A stretch of 32,656 nucleotides of DNA. Source: an uncultured Sphingobacterium sp. (GTDB lineage: Bacteria; Bacteroidota; Bacteroidia; Sphingobacteriales; Sphingobacteriaceae). Of this stretch, positions 10,283 to 18,922 are shown piece after piece (within the stretch, counting starts at the first letter, position 1; the number at the start of each line of letters is the position of its first letter). A model generated the notes under the pieces. It worked only from the letters and a program-made list of their open reading frames with translations. It ran no database searches and was not told where the DNA came from. The DNA is taken from NCBI GenBank assembly GCA_964645385.1, contig CAZYBY010000103.1:1-32656 (forward strand). Reading direction: 5' to 3'. Position numbers and translations under genes: made by a program.

Positions 10283-10759
10283 ATGGATATTAAAGAAATA
10301 CAAGAACTGATAAAGTTCGTCGCGAAATCTGGGGTTAGCGAGGTATCAATTGATCGCAAAGACTTTAAAATTACGATTAAGGCAGCGGGTAATGCTCCAG
10401 TAGTAGTAACTGCTACAGTTCCTGCAGCAGCTCCGGTTCAACAAATTGCAGCACCAGTTGCGGCACCTGCTCCAGCAGCGGCTCCAGCACCAGCAGCAGC
10501 TCCTGCGGAAGCATCTAATTTAATCACGATTAAATCTCCTATGATTGGAACTTTCTACCGTTCATCATCTCCTGATAAACCTGCATTTGTAAATGTTGGC
10601 GATGAAGTTGGAACTGGTAAGGTAGTTTGTATCATCGAGGCAATGAAATTATTCAACGAAATTGAGTCAGAAGTTTCAGGTAGAATTGTTAAGATTTTAG
10701 TAGACAATGCTAGTCCTGTAGAATACGATCAACCTTTGTTCCTAGTTGAACCAATGTAA
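10283..10759 (+). CDS. accB: Acetyl-CoA carboxylase biotin carboxyl carrier protein
   Basis: Ala/Pro-rich linker followed by the biotinylation motif [11 protein letters not shown]; sits directly upstream of accC. Confidence 0.94.
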   Translation: MDIKEIQELIKFVAKSGVSEVSIDRKDFKITIKAAGNAPVVVTATVPAAAPVQQIAAPVAAPAPAAAPAPAAAPAEASNLITIKSPMIGTFYRSSSPDKPAFVNVGDEVGTGKVVCIIEAMKLFNEIESEVSGRIVKILVDNASPVEYDQPLFLVEPM

Positions 10760-10795
10760 TCATCGTATTATTTTTTTAACCTTCAAATTGCACTC

Positions 10796-12136
10796 ATGTT
10801 TAAAAAAATATTAATAGCCAACCGTGGCGAAATCGCGCTGAGAATTATCAGAACGTGTAAAGAGATGGGAATCAAAACTGTTGCTGTTTATTCAGCTGCA
10901 GATAGAGATAGCCTTCATGTACGTTTTGCTGATGAAGCCGTATGTATTGGTCCTGCACCTAGCAAGGATTCTTACTTAAGCATCCCAAATTTAATTTCTG
11001 CTGCAGAAATTACTAATGCAGATGCGATCCATCCTGGTTATGGATTCCTTTCTGAAAACGCAAAATTCTCTCAAATATGCAGAGATTATGGTATCAAATT
11101 TATTGGAGCAACTCCTGAGCAAATCAACGGCATGGGCGATAAAGCTTCCGCAAAAGATACGATGAAAGCTGCAGGTGTTCCTACTATTCCTGGCTCAGAT
11201 GGTTTACTTTCTGATGTTAAACAAGGTATAGTAGTTGCAAATGAAATTGGATACCCAGTAATCCTGAAAGCTACTGCCGGCGGTGGTGGTAGAGGTATGC
11301 GTATCGTTTGGAAAGATGAAGATTTCGAAGCTGCATGGGACTCTGCTCGTCAAGAAGCAGGTGCTGCTTTCGGCAACGATGGTATCTACTTAGAGAAATT
11401 TATTGAAGACCCTCGTCATATAGAAATTCAAGTTGTTGGTGATCAATTTGGAAAAGTTTGTCACTTATCTGAACGTGATTGCTCTATTCAACGTCGTCAC
11501 CAAAAATTAGTAGAAGAATCACCTTCCCCATTCATGACTCCAGAATTACGTCAGAAAATGGGTGAGGCTGCTGTTAAAGGTGCTCAAGCGGTAAATTACG
11601 AAGGTGCTGGAACTATCGAGTTCTTGGTAGATAAACATCGTAATTTCTACTTTATGGAAATGAATACTCGTATCCAAGTAGAACACCCCGTTACAGAAGA
11701 AGTTATCAACTACGACTTAATAAAAGAACAAATTAAAGTGGCAGCTGGAATTCCAATTTCAGGTAAAAACTACGAGCCAACAATGCATGCCATTGAATGC
11801 CGTATCAACGCTGAAGATCCTTGGAATAACTTCCGCCCTTGCCCTGGAAAAATCACTCATTTCCACTCACCTGGTGGCCATGGTGTACGTGTTGACACTC
11901 ACGTTTATGCGGGTTATACCATTCCATCAAACTACGACTCTATGATTGCAAAATTGATTTGTGTTGCACAAACAAGAGATGAAGCAATTTGTACAATGGA
12001 GCGTGCATTAAGTGAATTTGTGATTGAAGGTGTTAAAACCACTATCCCATTCCACTTAAAGTTAATGAAAGACCCTAATTTCAGAGCAGGGAATTTCACC
12101 ACAAAATTCTTAGAAACATTCGACTTCACAGAATAA
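10796..12136 (+). CDS. accC: Acetyl-CoA carboxylase biotin carboxylase subunit
   Basis: [23 protein letters not shown]-terminus, ATP-grasp glycine loop [12 protein letters not shown] and [14 protein letters not shown]; 446 aa. Confidence 0.95.
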   Translation: MFKKILIANRGEIALRIIRTCKEMGIKTVAVYSAADRDSLHVRFADEAVCIGPAPSKDSYLSIPNLISAAEITNADAIHPGYGFLSENAKFSQICRDYGIKFIGATPEQINGMGDKASAKDTMKAAGVPTIPGSDGLLSDVKQGIVVANEIGYPVILKATAGGGGRGMRIVWKDEDFEAAWDSARQEAGAAFGNDGIYLEKFIEDPRHIEIQVVGDQFGKVCHLSERDCSIQRRHQKLVEESPSPFMTPELRQKMGEAAVKGAQAVNYEGAGTIEFLVDKHRNFYFMEMNTRIQVEHPVTEEVINYDLIKEQIKVAAGIPISGKNYEPTMHAIECRINAEDPWNNFRPCPGKITHFHSPGGHGVRVDTHVYAGYTIPSNYDSMIAKLICVAQTRDEAICTMERALSEFVIEGVKTTIPFHLKLMKDPNFRAGNFTTKFLETFDFTE

Positions 12137-12138
12137 TC

Positions 12139-12165
12139 AAAAGCGGACTTCGGTCCGCTTTTTTT
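12139..12165 (+). terminator. Rho-independent terminator after accC (UUCG tetraloop)
   Basis: AAAAGCGGAC-TTCG-GTCCGCTTTT: a perfect GC-rich stem followed by a run of seven T (12159-12165), 3 nt after the accC stop. Confidence 0.85.
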
Positions 12166-12168
12166 GTT

Positions 12169-12176
12169 TAAATTTG
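12169..12176 (+). promoter_or_regulatory. Candidate -7 box TAAATTTG (TAnnTTTG) upstream of tatC
   Basis: Exact consensus match directly after the accC terminator. It lies only 10 nt before the tatC ATG, so it implies a very short or absent leader. Confidence 0.35.
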
Positions 12177-12186
12177 ACCTCATTAT

Positions 12187-13047
12187 ATGGCAAGTTTTTT
12201 AGATAAGTTCCGTAGCGCTACAGATCCCAATTCGGAGATGTCGTTCGTAGATCATTTGGAGTCGCTTCGTTGGCACCTTGTTCGTTCTTCAGCAGTAATT
12301 ATTACCCTAGCTTTAGTCGCATTCTTTTACAAAGATATTTTATTCGATACCATCATCTTCGGACCAAAACGTACCGATTTTTGGACATATAGAATGCTTT
12401 GCAAACTTCAACAATATTATAACTTGGACGCTGGTTTATGCATCGATAAAATAAATTTCACCATCATGAATAATACCATGGCTGGTCAGTTTAATTTGCA
12501 TCTTACAGCTTCTTTTTACGTGGGTTTTGTTTTAGGATTCCCATACTTATTAATGGAGTTATGGCAGTTCATCAAACCAGGTTTACATAAAAAAGAAAGA
12601 AAAAATGCAAGAGGTTTAATATTTTACGGCTCGTTTTTATTCCTAACTGGTATACTTTTCGGATATTTTATCATCACACCAATGTCGGTTAACTTCTTGG
12701 GTAGTTATGTAATTAGTGATGAAATAGTAAATCAAATTACATTGGATTCTTATCTGTCAACTGTTGCTATGCTAACATTAGCTACTGGTTTAGTATTTGA
12801 GTTACCCATCATCATATATTTCTTATCGAAAATGGGTATGATGACACCTCAATTTATGCGTAGCAATAGAAGGATATCATTCTTCATTATTATTTTAATA
12901 GCTGCCTTTATTACACCTACACCTGATGCTCCAACATTACTATTGGTAGCAGCACCTTTATATTTCCTATTCGAAATCAGTATTTTTGTGTCGGCAAGAG
13001 TACAGAAGAAAAAATTAATTGAAGAGAGAGAATTTTATTCAAACTAA
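12187..13047 (+). CDS. tatC: Twin-arginine translocase subunit TatC
   Basis: SFVDHLESLRWHL N-terminal motif and six predicted TM segments; 286 aa. Confidence 0.9.
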   Translation: MASFLDKFRSATDPNSEMSFVDHLESLRWHLVRSSAVIITLALVAFFYKDILFDTIIFGPKRTDFWTYRMLCKLQQYYNLDAGLCIDKINFTIMNNTMAGQFNLHLTASFYVGFVLGFPYLLMELWQFIKPGLHKKERKNARGLIFYGSFLFLTGILFGYFIITPMSVNFLGSYVISDEIVNQITLDSYLSTVAMLTLATGLVFELPIIIYFLSKMGMMTPQFMRSNRRISFFIIILIAAFITPTPDAPTLLLVAAPLYFLFEISIFVSARVQKKKLIEEREFYSN

Positions 13048-13058
13048 ATTATAACAAA

Positions 13059-13487
13059 ATGAAAATTGCAATTGGTGGCGACCACGCCGGATATGAGTAC
13101 AAACAAATGCTAATACCTATGCTAAAAGCAGCAGGTCACGAAGTAAAAGATTTCGGTCCGTTTAATGCTGATTCAGTGGATTACCCTGATTTTGTGCACC
13201 CTTTAGCAACAGCTGTTCAAGCAAATGAACATGATTTAGGAATTTTAATTTGTGGTAGCGCAAATGGAGTTGCAATTACAGCAAACAAACATAAGGATAT
13301 TCGTGCTGCAATCTGCTGGGATGTGCCTTTAGCATCGCTAGCACGTCAACATAATAACGCAAACATCGTTTGTATTCCAGCTCGTTTTACTACACCTGAA
13401 CAAGCAAAAGAAATTACAAGTACCTTTATAAATACAGCATTTGAAGGCGGTCGCCATGCGAACCGCGTCGATAAAATAAATTGCTAA
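13059..13487 (+). CDS. rpiB: Ribose-5-phosphate isomerase B
   Basis: MKIAIGGDHAGYEYK, ICGSANGVAITANK and FEGGRHANRV; 142 aa. Confidence 0.93.
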   Translation: MKIAIGGDHAGYEYKQMLIPMLKAAGHEVKDFGPFNADSVDYPDFVHPLATAVQANEHDLGILICGSANGVAITANKHKDIRAAICWDVPLASLARQHNNANIVCIPARFTTPEQAKEITSTFINTAFEGGRHANRVDKINC

Positions 13488-13489
13488 TT

Positions 13490-15067
13490 ATGAAAAAATA
13501 CACCCTACTCTTTGCATGCTCATTTTTGTTAAAAATTGGGTTTGCTCAAAATTTCGAACAAGCAATGCCTTACTTAAAAAGCATTGATACGAAAGATTTA
13601 TACAAACACTTAAGTATATTAGCTTCCGACGAATATGAAGGCAGAGAAACGGGTAAAGAAGGGCAACGTAAAGCTTCAGCTTATATTCAAAATGAATTTC
13701 AAAAATTAGGACTAATCCCTCCTTCAGCTGCTGGATATAAACAAGATATTGCATTAGTTCAAAAAGTATTAGCTAGTAGAAAGCTACTTGTTAACCAACA
13801 TGAAATGCAAATCGGCGAAGATTTTACAGTAGCAAAAGATAGACTGAGCATAGAGCTTCTAAGCAACTCAATCGTATTCGTTGGGTATGGTATTAAAGAA
13901 GAAAGCTATAATTCCTTTAAAGATATTGATGTTGCGAATAAGGTTGTAGTTGTACTAAGTGGTGAGCCTAAAGTAGATGGAAATTATTTCATCAAAACAG
14001 ATGGTACAAAATCTAAATGGTCTGATAAAAAATTTAAAATAGAAGAGATCCGTAAACTAAATCCTTCTTTAATTATTTATATCGATCAGGATTACAATAA
14101 ATACAAAACTTTTTACAAACATCAACTAGAAAGCAGTTCGCTTACGCTAGCCTATAAAAATAAGAACTCAACTGATATCCCTGTAATTACAGGAGGTTCG
14201 GAGCTAGCTGACGAGCTTTTAGCTCCTAACAAGAAAACATACAATAAAGCTATTGCCAAATTGAGTTCTAGTAAAAAACCTAACTTCAACTTAACACTTA
14301 AAAGTACAATCAATGTAAATATTAGCTTTATTGAGCAACAAGTTTATTCTGATAATGTACTCGGAATGATTCCTGGTTCTAGTATAACGGATGAGTATTT
14401 GTTTGTTACTGCACATTATGATCATATTGGTGTTACTGATGGGAAAGTGTTTAATGGAGCAGATGATGATGGTTCTGGAACAGTTTCTTTAATTGAAATT
14501 GCACAAGCATTTATGGATGCTAAAAAAGCAGGACATTCGCCTAAAAGAAATATCATTTTTATGGCTGTTTCTGGTGAAGAAAAAGGATTGCTTGGTTCGC
14601 TTTACTACACTGATCATCCTGTTGTTCCTTTAGAAAAAACAGTTGCCGATTTGAATATCGATATGGTTGGAAGAATTGATGAAGCTCACTCTAAAGACAC
14701 CAATTATGTATATGTTATAGGTTCAGATAAATTAAGTTCTGAATTACACGAAATAAATGTGCGTGCTGGTGAAGAAGCTGATATCAACTTAGATTATAAA
14801 TATAACGACCCTAATGATCCGAATATGTTTTACTACAGATCTGATCATTATAATTTCGCGAAAAACAACATCCCAATTATTTTCTTTTTTAATGGTGTAC
14901 ACGAAGATTACCATAAAGAAGGTGATGAAGTTAGTAAAATTACTTTCCCTATGTTAGCTAAGCGTGCACAATTAGTATTTTTAACTGCTTGGGAGGTTGC
15001 GAACAGAGATAAACGTGTGGTAGTAGATAAGAAAAATGATTTCCCAGAACGTAATCGTGAAAAATAA
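13490..15067 (+). CDS. Secreted M28-family zinc aminopeptidase
   Basis: Signal peptide MKKYTLLFACSFLLKIGFAQ. Zinc-ligand contexts AHYDHIG, GADDDGSG, SGEEKGLLGS and NIDMVGR. The ORF-track start at 13481 is a TTG inside the rpiB end, so I prefer the ATG at 13490. Confidence 0.88.
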   Translation: MKKYTLLFACSFLLKIGFAQNFEQAMPYLKSIDTKDLYKHLSILASDEYEGRETGKEGQRKASAYIQNEFQKLGLIPPSAAGYKQDIALVQKVLASRKLLVNQHEMQIGEDFTVAKDRLSIELLSNSIVFVGYGIKEESYNSFKDIDVANKVVVVLSGEPKVDGNYFIKTDGTKSKWSDKKFKIEEIRKLNPSLIIYIDQDYNKYKTFYKHQLESSSLTLAYKNKNSTDIPVITGGSELADELLAPNKKTYNKAIAKLSSSKKPNFNLTLKSTINVNISFIEQQVYSDNVLGMIPGSSITDEYLFVTAHYDHIGVTDGKVFNGADDDGSGTVSLIEIAQAFMDAKKAGHSPKRNIIFMAVSGEEKGLLGSLYYTDHPVVPLEKTVADLNIDMVGRIDEAHSKDTNYVYVIGSDKLSSELHEINVRAGEEADINLDYKYNDPNDPNMFYYRSDHYNFAKNNIPIIFFFNGVHEDYHKEGDEVSKITFPMLAKRAQLVFLTAWEVANRDKRVVVDKKNDFPERNREK

Positions 15068-15069
15068 TA

Positions 15070-16452
15070 ATGACATCCATTGCCGATAAGTTTTTAGATA
15101 AGAGTGCTACGAAAGCCTTCGATATAGAGCATCGTAGGAAAATAAATTTCAATATATCGAAGTATAATTCTTCGGTAGATAAAGGTTTATTGCAATTCGA
15201 AAACTTAGAATACGCTCGTAAAAAAGCTAACGCTACGAAGTGGAAAGTAATGGAAAATCTCGATCGCTATTTATTAGAGTTCGAGAGTAATTTCATGCGC
15301 AAAGGAGGAAAAGTAATTTGGGCGAATGATACCAAGGAAGCCCAAAAAGAAATTCTAAAAATAATGAAACAAGCTAATGCGAAAATGATTGTAAAATCTA
15401 AATCGATGGCTTGTGAAGAAATAGAGTTAAATGAATTTTTAGAGAAAAATCATATTGAATCTATTGAAACAGACCTTGGGGAATACATCGTACAATTACT
15501 TGGGCAGAAGCCTTATCATATTGTAACACCAGCAATGCATTTATCCAAAGAAGATATTGCAAAGTTGTTTCACGAAAAGTTCGGAACTCCAGTCGATGCC
15601 ACTCCTACTGAGCTTACATTAAAAGCTAGAGAATTACTTAGAGAAAAGTATTTACGTGCAGATGTAGGTATTTCTGGCGCTAATTATTTAGTGGCTGATA
15701 CAGGAAGTATAGCGATTACAGAAAATGAGGGAAATGCTAGATTAACTACCTGTTTCCCGAAAATCCATATCGCTTTGGTTGGTATTGAAAAAGTTATCCC
15801 ATCAATAAACGATTTGAATTTATTTTGGCCTTTACTTTCTACTCGAGGTACTGGACAAAACTTAACAGTATATAATACACTGCTAAACGGACCAAAACAA
15901 ATTCACGAAACAGATGGACCAGAAGAAATGTATGTAATCCTTTTAGATAATGGAAGAAGTAATCTATTAGCACAAAAGGATCAACGTCAAGCTTTATATT
16001 GCATTCGTTGTGGTGCATGTTTAAATGCTTGTCCGGTTTATAAAAACATCGGCGGACATACATATGATACTACTTATTCGGGACCTATTGGAAGTATCAT
16101 CACACCACATTTAAAAGGCATGGAAGAGTTTAAACATTTAAGCTACGCTTCTAGCTTATGTGGCAATTGTTCTGAAGTATGCCCAGTTAAAATTGATATT
16201 CACAAAGTATTATTATACAATCGAAGAGATGCCGTTGACCATGGTCACACTACTAAAGCAGAATCTTTTGGATGGATGATGTGGAAACGAAGTATGGTTA
16301 GTAGAAAACTAACAGATATGATTGGAGGACAATGGAAAAACAAGTTTATGAAAATGTTCTTCAAAGGATCTTGGGGTAAGCGCAGAGCACTCCCAAGCTT
16401 CGAACAAAAATCCTTTAGTCAACAATGGAAAGAAAAACATAATGCCAAGTAA
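15070..16452 (+). CDS. LutB-like iron-sulfur protein (LUD/DUF162 domain plus two 4Fe-4S ferredoxin-type cysteine clusters)
   Basis: CIRCGACLNACPVY and CGNCSEVCPV clusters after a LUD-type domain; 460 aa. It starts 2 nt after the peptidase stop. No lutA or lutC is adjacent. Confidence 0.8.
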   Translation: MTSIADKFLDKSATKAFDIEHRRKINFNISKYNSSVDKGLLQFENLEYARKKANATKWKVMENLDRYLLEFESNFMRKGGKVIWANDTKEAQKEILKIMKQANAKMIVKSKSMACEEIELNEFLEKNHIESIETDLGEYIVQLLGQKPYHIVTPAMHLSKEDIAKLFHEKFGTPVDATPTELTLKARELLREKYLRADVGISGANYLVADTGSIAITENEGNARLTTCFPKIHIALVGIEKVIPSINDLNLFWPLLSTRGTGQNLTVYNTLLNGPKQIHETDGPEEMYVILLDNGRSNLLAQKDQRQALYCIRCGACLNACPVYKNIGGHTYDTTYSGPIGSIITPHLKGMEEFKHLSYASSLCGNCSEVCPVKIDIHKVLLYNRRDAVDHGHTTKAESFGWMMWKRSMVSRKLTDMIGGQWKNKFMKMFFKGSWGKRRALPSFEQKSFSQQWKEKHNAK

Positions 16453-16464
16453 TCACTTGGCATT
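16441..16464. terminator. Perfect 24-nt palindrome; likely bidirectional terminator for the convergent LutB-like and RHH genes
   Basis: AATGCCAAGT-AATC-ACTTGGCATT: 10-bp perfect arms and a 4-nt loop. There are T-rich runs downstream on both strands (TTTGCTTTTTTT on plus; TATGTTTTTCTTT on minus). Confidence 0.6.
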
Positions 16465-16614
16465 TTTGCTTTTTTTCTTACGAGCTTTTACAGCTTCGTG
16501 TAAAATAAATTCTATTTGTCCGTTCACACTTCTAAACTCCTCTGCAGCCCAACGCTCGAGTTCCTTCATCATTTCCTGACTCACTCTAAGTGCAAATGCT
16601 TTTTTTTCAGACAT
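16453..16614 (-). CDS. Small ribbon-helix-helix (Arc/CopG-like) DNA-binding protein, 53 aa (not in the ORF track)
   Basis: Minus ATG at 16614-16612 and TGA at 16455-16453, 54 codons checked by hand. Translation: MSEKKAFALRVSQEMMKELERWAAEEFRSVNGQIEFILHEAVKARKKKSKNAK. The layout is strand (FALRV), helix, N-G turn, helix, basic tail. It starts 5 nt after the SPFH stop. Confidence 0.7.
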   Translation of the reverse strand: MSEKKAFALRVSQEMMKELERWAAEEFRSVNGQIEFILHEAVKARKKKSKNAK

Positions 16615-16619
16615 AATAT

Positions 16620-17471
16620 TTAATATATACTACCTGTATTTACAACCGGGCTAACAGATTTTTCAGCGCATAGTACCACTAACAAATTACTTACCATAGC
16701 TGCTTTACGTTCATCATCTAGATCAACAATATTACGTTCTGATAATTTTTCTAAAGCCATCTCAACCATTCCTACAGCGCCTTCTACAATAGTTTTACGA
16801 GCTGCAACAACAGCTTGCGCTTGTTGACGTTGAAGCATAGCTCCAGCAATTTCAGCTGAATAAGCTAAGTGTGAAATTCTCGCTTCCAAAATTTGAATAC
16901 CTGCTCTACTTAAACGCTCGTTTAATTCATCTTCTAATTTTTCATTCACAATTTGAGTCCCTGCACGAAGTGTAATGCTCGATTCTTCATCTTCGAAATG
17001 ATCATAAGGATAAGCACCAGCTAAGCTTCTAACTGCAGCTTCAGATTGAACTGCTACAAATTGAAAATAATTATCTACTTCAAATACTGCTCTAGCAGTA
17101 TCTTTCACCTGCCATACAATTACTGCAGCAATTTCAATAGGGTTACCAACCTTATCGTTTACTTTAATTGGAGAGCCATTTAAGTTCATCGCTCTTAAAG
17201 AAACTTTTCTTTTTGTAAAGAATGGATTCATCCATAAGAAACCATTTTCCTTTACAGTTCCTTTATACACCCCGAATAAAGTAATTACTAAACCCTCGTT
17301 TGGATTAACAACTGAGAACCCAGGCAAAATAAAAAATGCTACTACCGCGCAAAGTATTGCCAAAGGAATAATTTGATTCACCCCAGCAAAAACTGCTAAG
17401 CCAACTAAAACAAAGAAAAGCAAGAGAATACTGTATCCCGACATTGCTTTTGTAATTTTTTCTGATTCCAT
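16620..17471 (-). CDS. SPFH/band-7 (stomatin/prohibitin-like) membrane protein
   Basis: Two N-terminal hydrophobic helices, then an SPFH-type core (NPNEGLVITLFGVYKGTVKENGF...VNDKVGNPIEIAAVIVWQV) and a coiled-coil-like Ala/Gln-rich segment; 283 aa. Confidence 0.85.
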   Translation of the reverse strand: MESEKITKAMSGYSILLLFFVLVGLAVFAGVNQIIPLAILCAVVAFFILPGFSVVNPNEGLVITLFGVYKGTVKENGFLWMNPFFTKRKVSLRAMNLNGSPIKVNDKVGNPIEIAAVIVWQVKDTARAVFEVDNYFQFVAVQSEAAVRSLAGAYPYDHFEDEESSITLRAGTQIVNEKLEDELNERLSRAGIQILEARISHLAYSAEIAGAMLQRQQAQAVVAARKTIVEGAVGMVEMALEKLSERNIVDLDDERKAAMVSNLLVVLCAEKSVSPVVNTGSIY

Positions 17472-17602
17472 ATATAAATTTAATTTAATATCATTTTGAT
17501 ATCACAATTTTCGAGAGAATTTCGGAGAATTACAAGGTTGAATTGTAACATTTTAATGGACATAGGATGCCGCACTTGGGATATTGGACGATATGTTAAA
17601 TG

Positions 17603-17662
17603 CTAACATTTGCACATTTACAATGTACCTTGTACCTTGTACATAATACATTATACTTAATT
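17603..17662. repeat. 7-nt-periodic tract (TGTACCT x2, TGTACAT, AATACAT, TATACTT...) running into the aminotransferase ATG
   Basis: Units in one register: GCTAACA TTGCACA TTTACAA TGTACCT TGTACCT TGTACAT AATACAT TATACTT, then AATT before the ATG at 17663. Confidence 0.75.
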
Positions 17663-18811
17663 ATGATCATCCACCCAAAACTTCCCGCTTTAGGCGAAAC
17701 CATATTTACTACTATGAGTGGCTTAGCGAATCAATACAAAGCCATTAACCTTGGTCAGGGCTTCCCCGATTTTTCAATGAGCGAAGAGTTAACTGAACTT
17801 GTAAATAAAGCAATGAAAGATGGGTTCAATCAATACACGCATTCTAACGGGTATCCTGTACTTAGAAATAATATTGCAGAAAAAGTGAATTCACTTTATC
17901 AAAATAATATTAATCCTGAAACCGAAATTACACTAACACCTGGAGCAACATATGCAATCTATACTGCGCTTACAACTATTCTTCAGGCTAACGATGAGGT
18001 TATTGTTTTCGAACCTGCTTACGATTGTTATCATCCTACAATAGCTTTGAATGGAGCTAAATCGGTAATCATCGAATTACAAGCTCCAACTTTTTCTATC
18101 CCTTGGGATGAAGTGAAAGAAAAAATAAACAATAAAACAAAAGCCATTATCATCAATACTCCACATAATCCAACAGGTTATGTGTGGACAAAAGATGATA
18201 TGCTAATGCTTCAAGAATGCACACGAAATAAAAACATTTTTATTATTTCCGATGAAGTATATGAGCATTTAATTTTTGATAACAAAAAACACGAAAGTGT
18301 TTTGAAATATCCTGAATTATACGCGAAGAGTTTCGTCTGTTTTTCTTTTGGTAAAACTTACCACTGCACAGGTTGGAAGCTAGGCTATGTTATTGCTCCC
18401 CCAAGCATTAGCAAGGAGTTTCGAAGCATACATCAATACAATGCTTTCTGCTCTGATACTCCAAAGCAAGTGGGCATTGCAGAATACATTAAAAATCAGC
18501 AAGCATTTTTACAATTAGGCAAAACTATTCAAGCAAAACGCGATTACTTCGCAAACTTGATGTCGAATACACCATTCGTAAGAATACCATCTTCTGGAAG
18601 TTATTTTGAATGTTATTCTTTTAAAAACATTTCGAAAGAATCTGATAAAGAATTCGCCATTCGCTTAGTAAAAGAATATGGCGTGGCAGGCATCCCTGTT
18701 TCTGCGTTTTACAAAAGTGGCAAAGACGAAAGCCTCATCCGATTCTGCTTTGCTAAGAAAGAGGAGACCCTGGAGAAAGCCGCCCATCAATTAACCAATT
18801 TGAACAATTAG
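17663..18811 (+). CDS. Class I/II PLP-dependent aminotransferase (YbdL/methionine aminotransferase-like)
   Basis: INLGQGFPDF, NTPHNPTG and the PLP-lysine context SFGKTYHCTGWKLGY. The ORF-track start at 17600 adds 21 codons translated from the heptamer tract, so I prefer the ATG at 17663 (MIIHPKLPALGETIFT). Confidence 0.88.
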   Translation: MIIHPKLPALGETIFTTMSGLANQYKAINLGQGFPDFSMSEELTELVNKAMKDGFNQYTHSNGYPVLRNNIAEKVNSLYQNNINPETEITLTPGATYAIYTALTTILQANDEVIVFEPAYDCYHPTIALNGAKSVIIELQAPTFSIPWDEVKEKINNKTKAIIINTPHNPTGYVWTKDDMLMLQECTRNKNIFIISDEVYEHLIFDNKKHESVLKYPELYAKSFVCFSFGKTYHCTGWKLGYVIAPPSISKEFRSIHQYNAFCSDTPKQVGIAEYIKNQQAFLQLGKTIQAKRDYFANLMSNTPFVRIPSSGSYFECYSFKNISKESDKEFAIRLVKEYGVAGIPVSAFYKSGKDESLIRFCFAKKEETLEKAAHQLTNLNN

Positions 18812-18922
18812 TTAATTTGAACTAGTTGGACTATTAGAAGTTGTATAAATTTTAAGATTCAGATTAAAATAAATTGCGACCTTTGCTACATTAACATATT
18901 AACCCATTAACATATTATTTTA

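Noticed and set aside
10394-10516. GC-rich GCAGC/CCAGC repetitive DNA inside accB
   Set aside because: It encodes the normal Ala/Pro-rich flexible linker of biotin carboxyl carrier proteins and is not an independent repeat element.
17472-17602. Possible riboswitch, tRNA or small RNA in the 190-nt SPFH/aminotransferase divergent spacer
   Set aside because: I saw no tRNA T-loop/acceptor pattern and no resemblance to the SAM, TPP or other riboswitch cores I know. Only short A/T-rich stems are present (for example 17530-17548).
17600-17662. Upstream ATG giving a 21-residue N-terminal extension of the aminotransferase
   Set aside because: The extension is translated heptamer repeat. The family N-terminus begins at the ATG at 17663.
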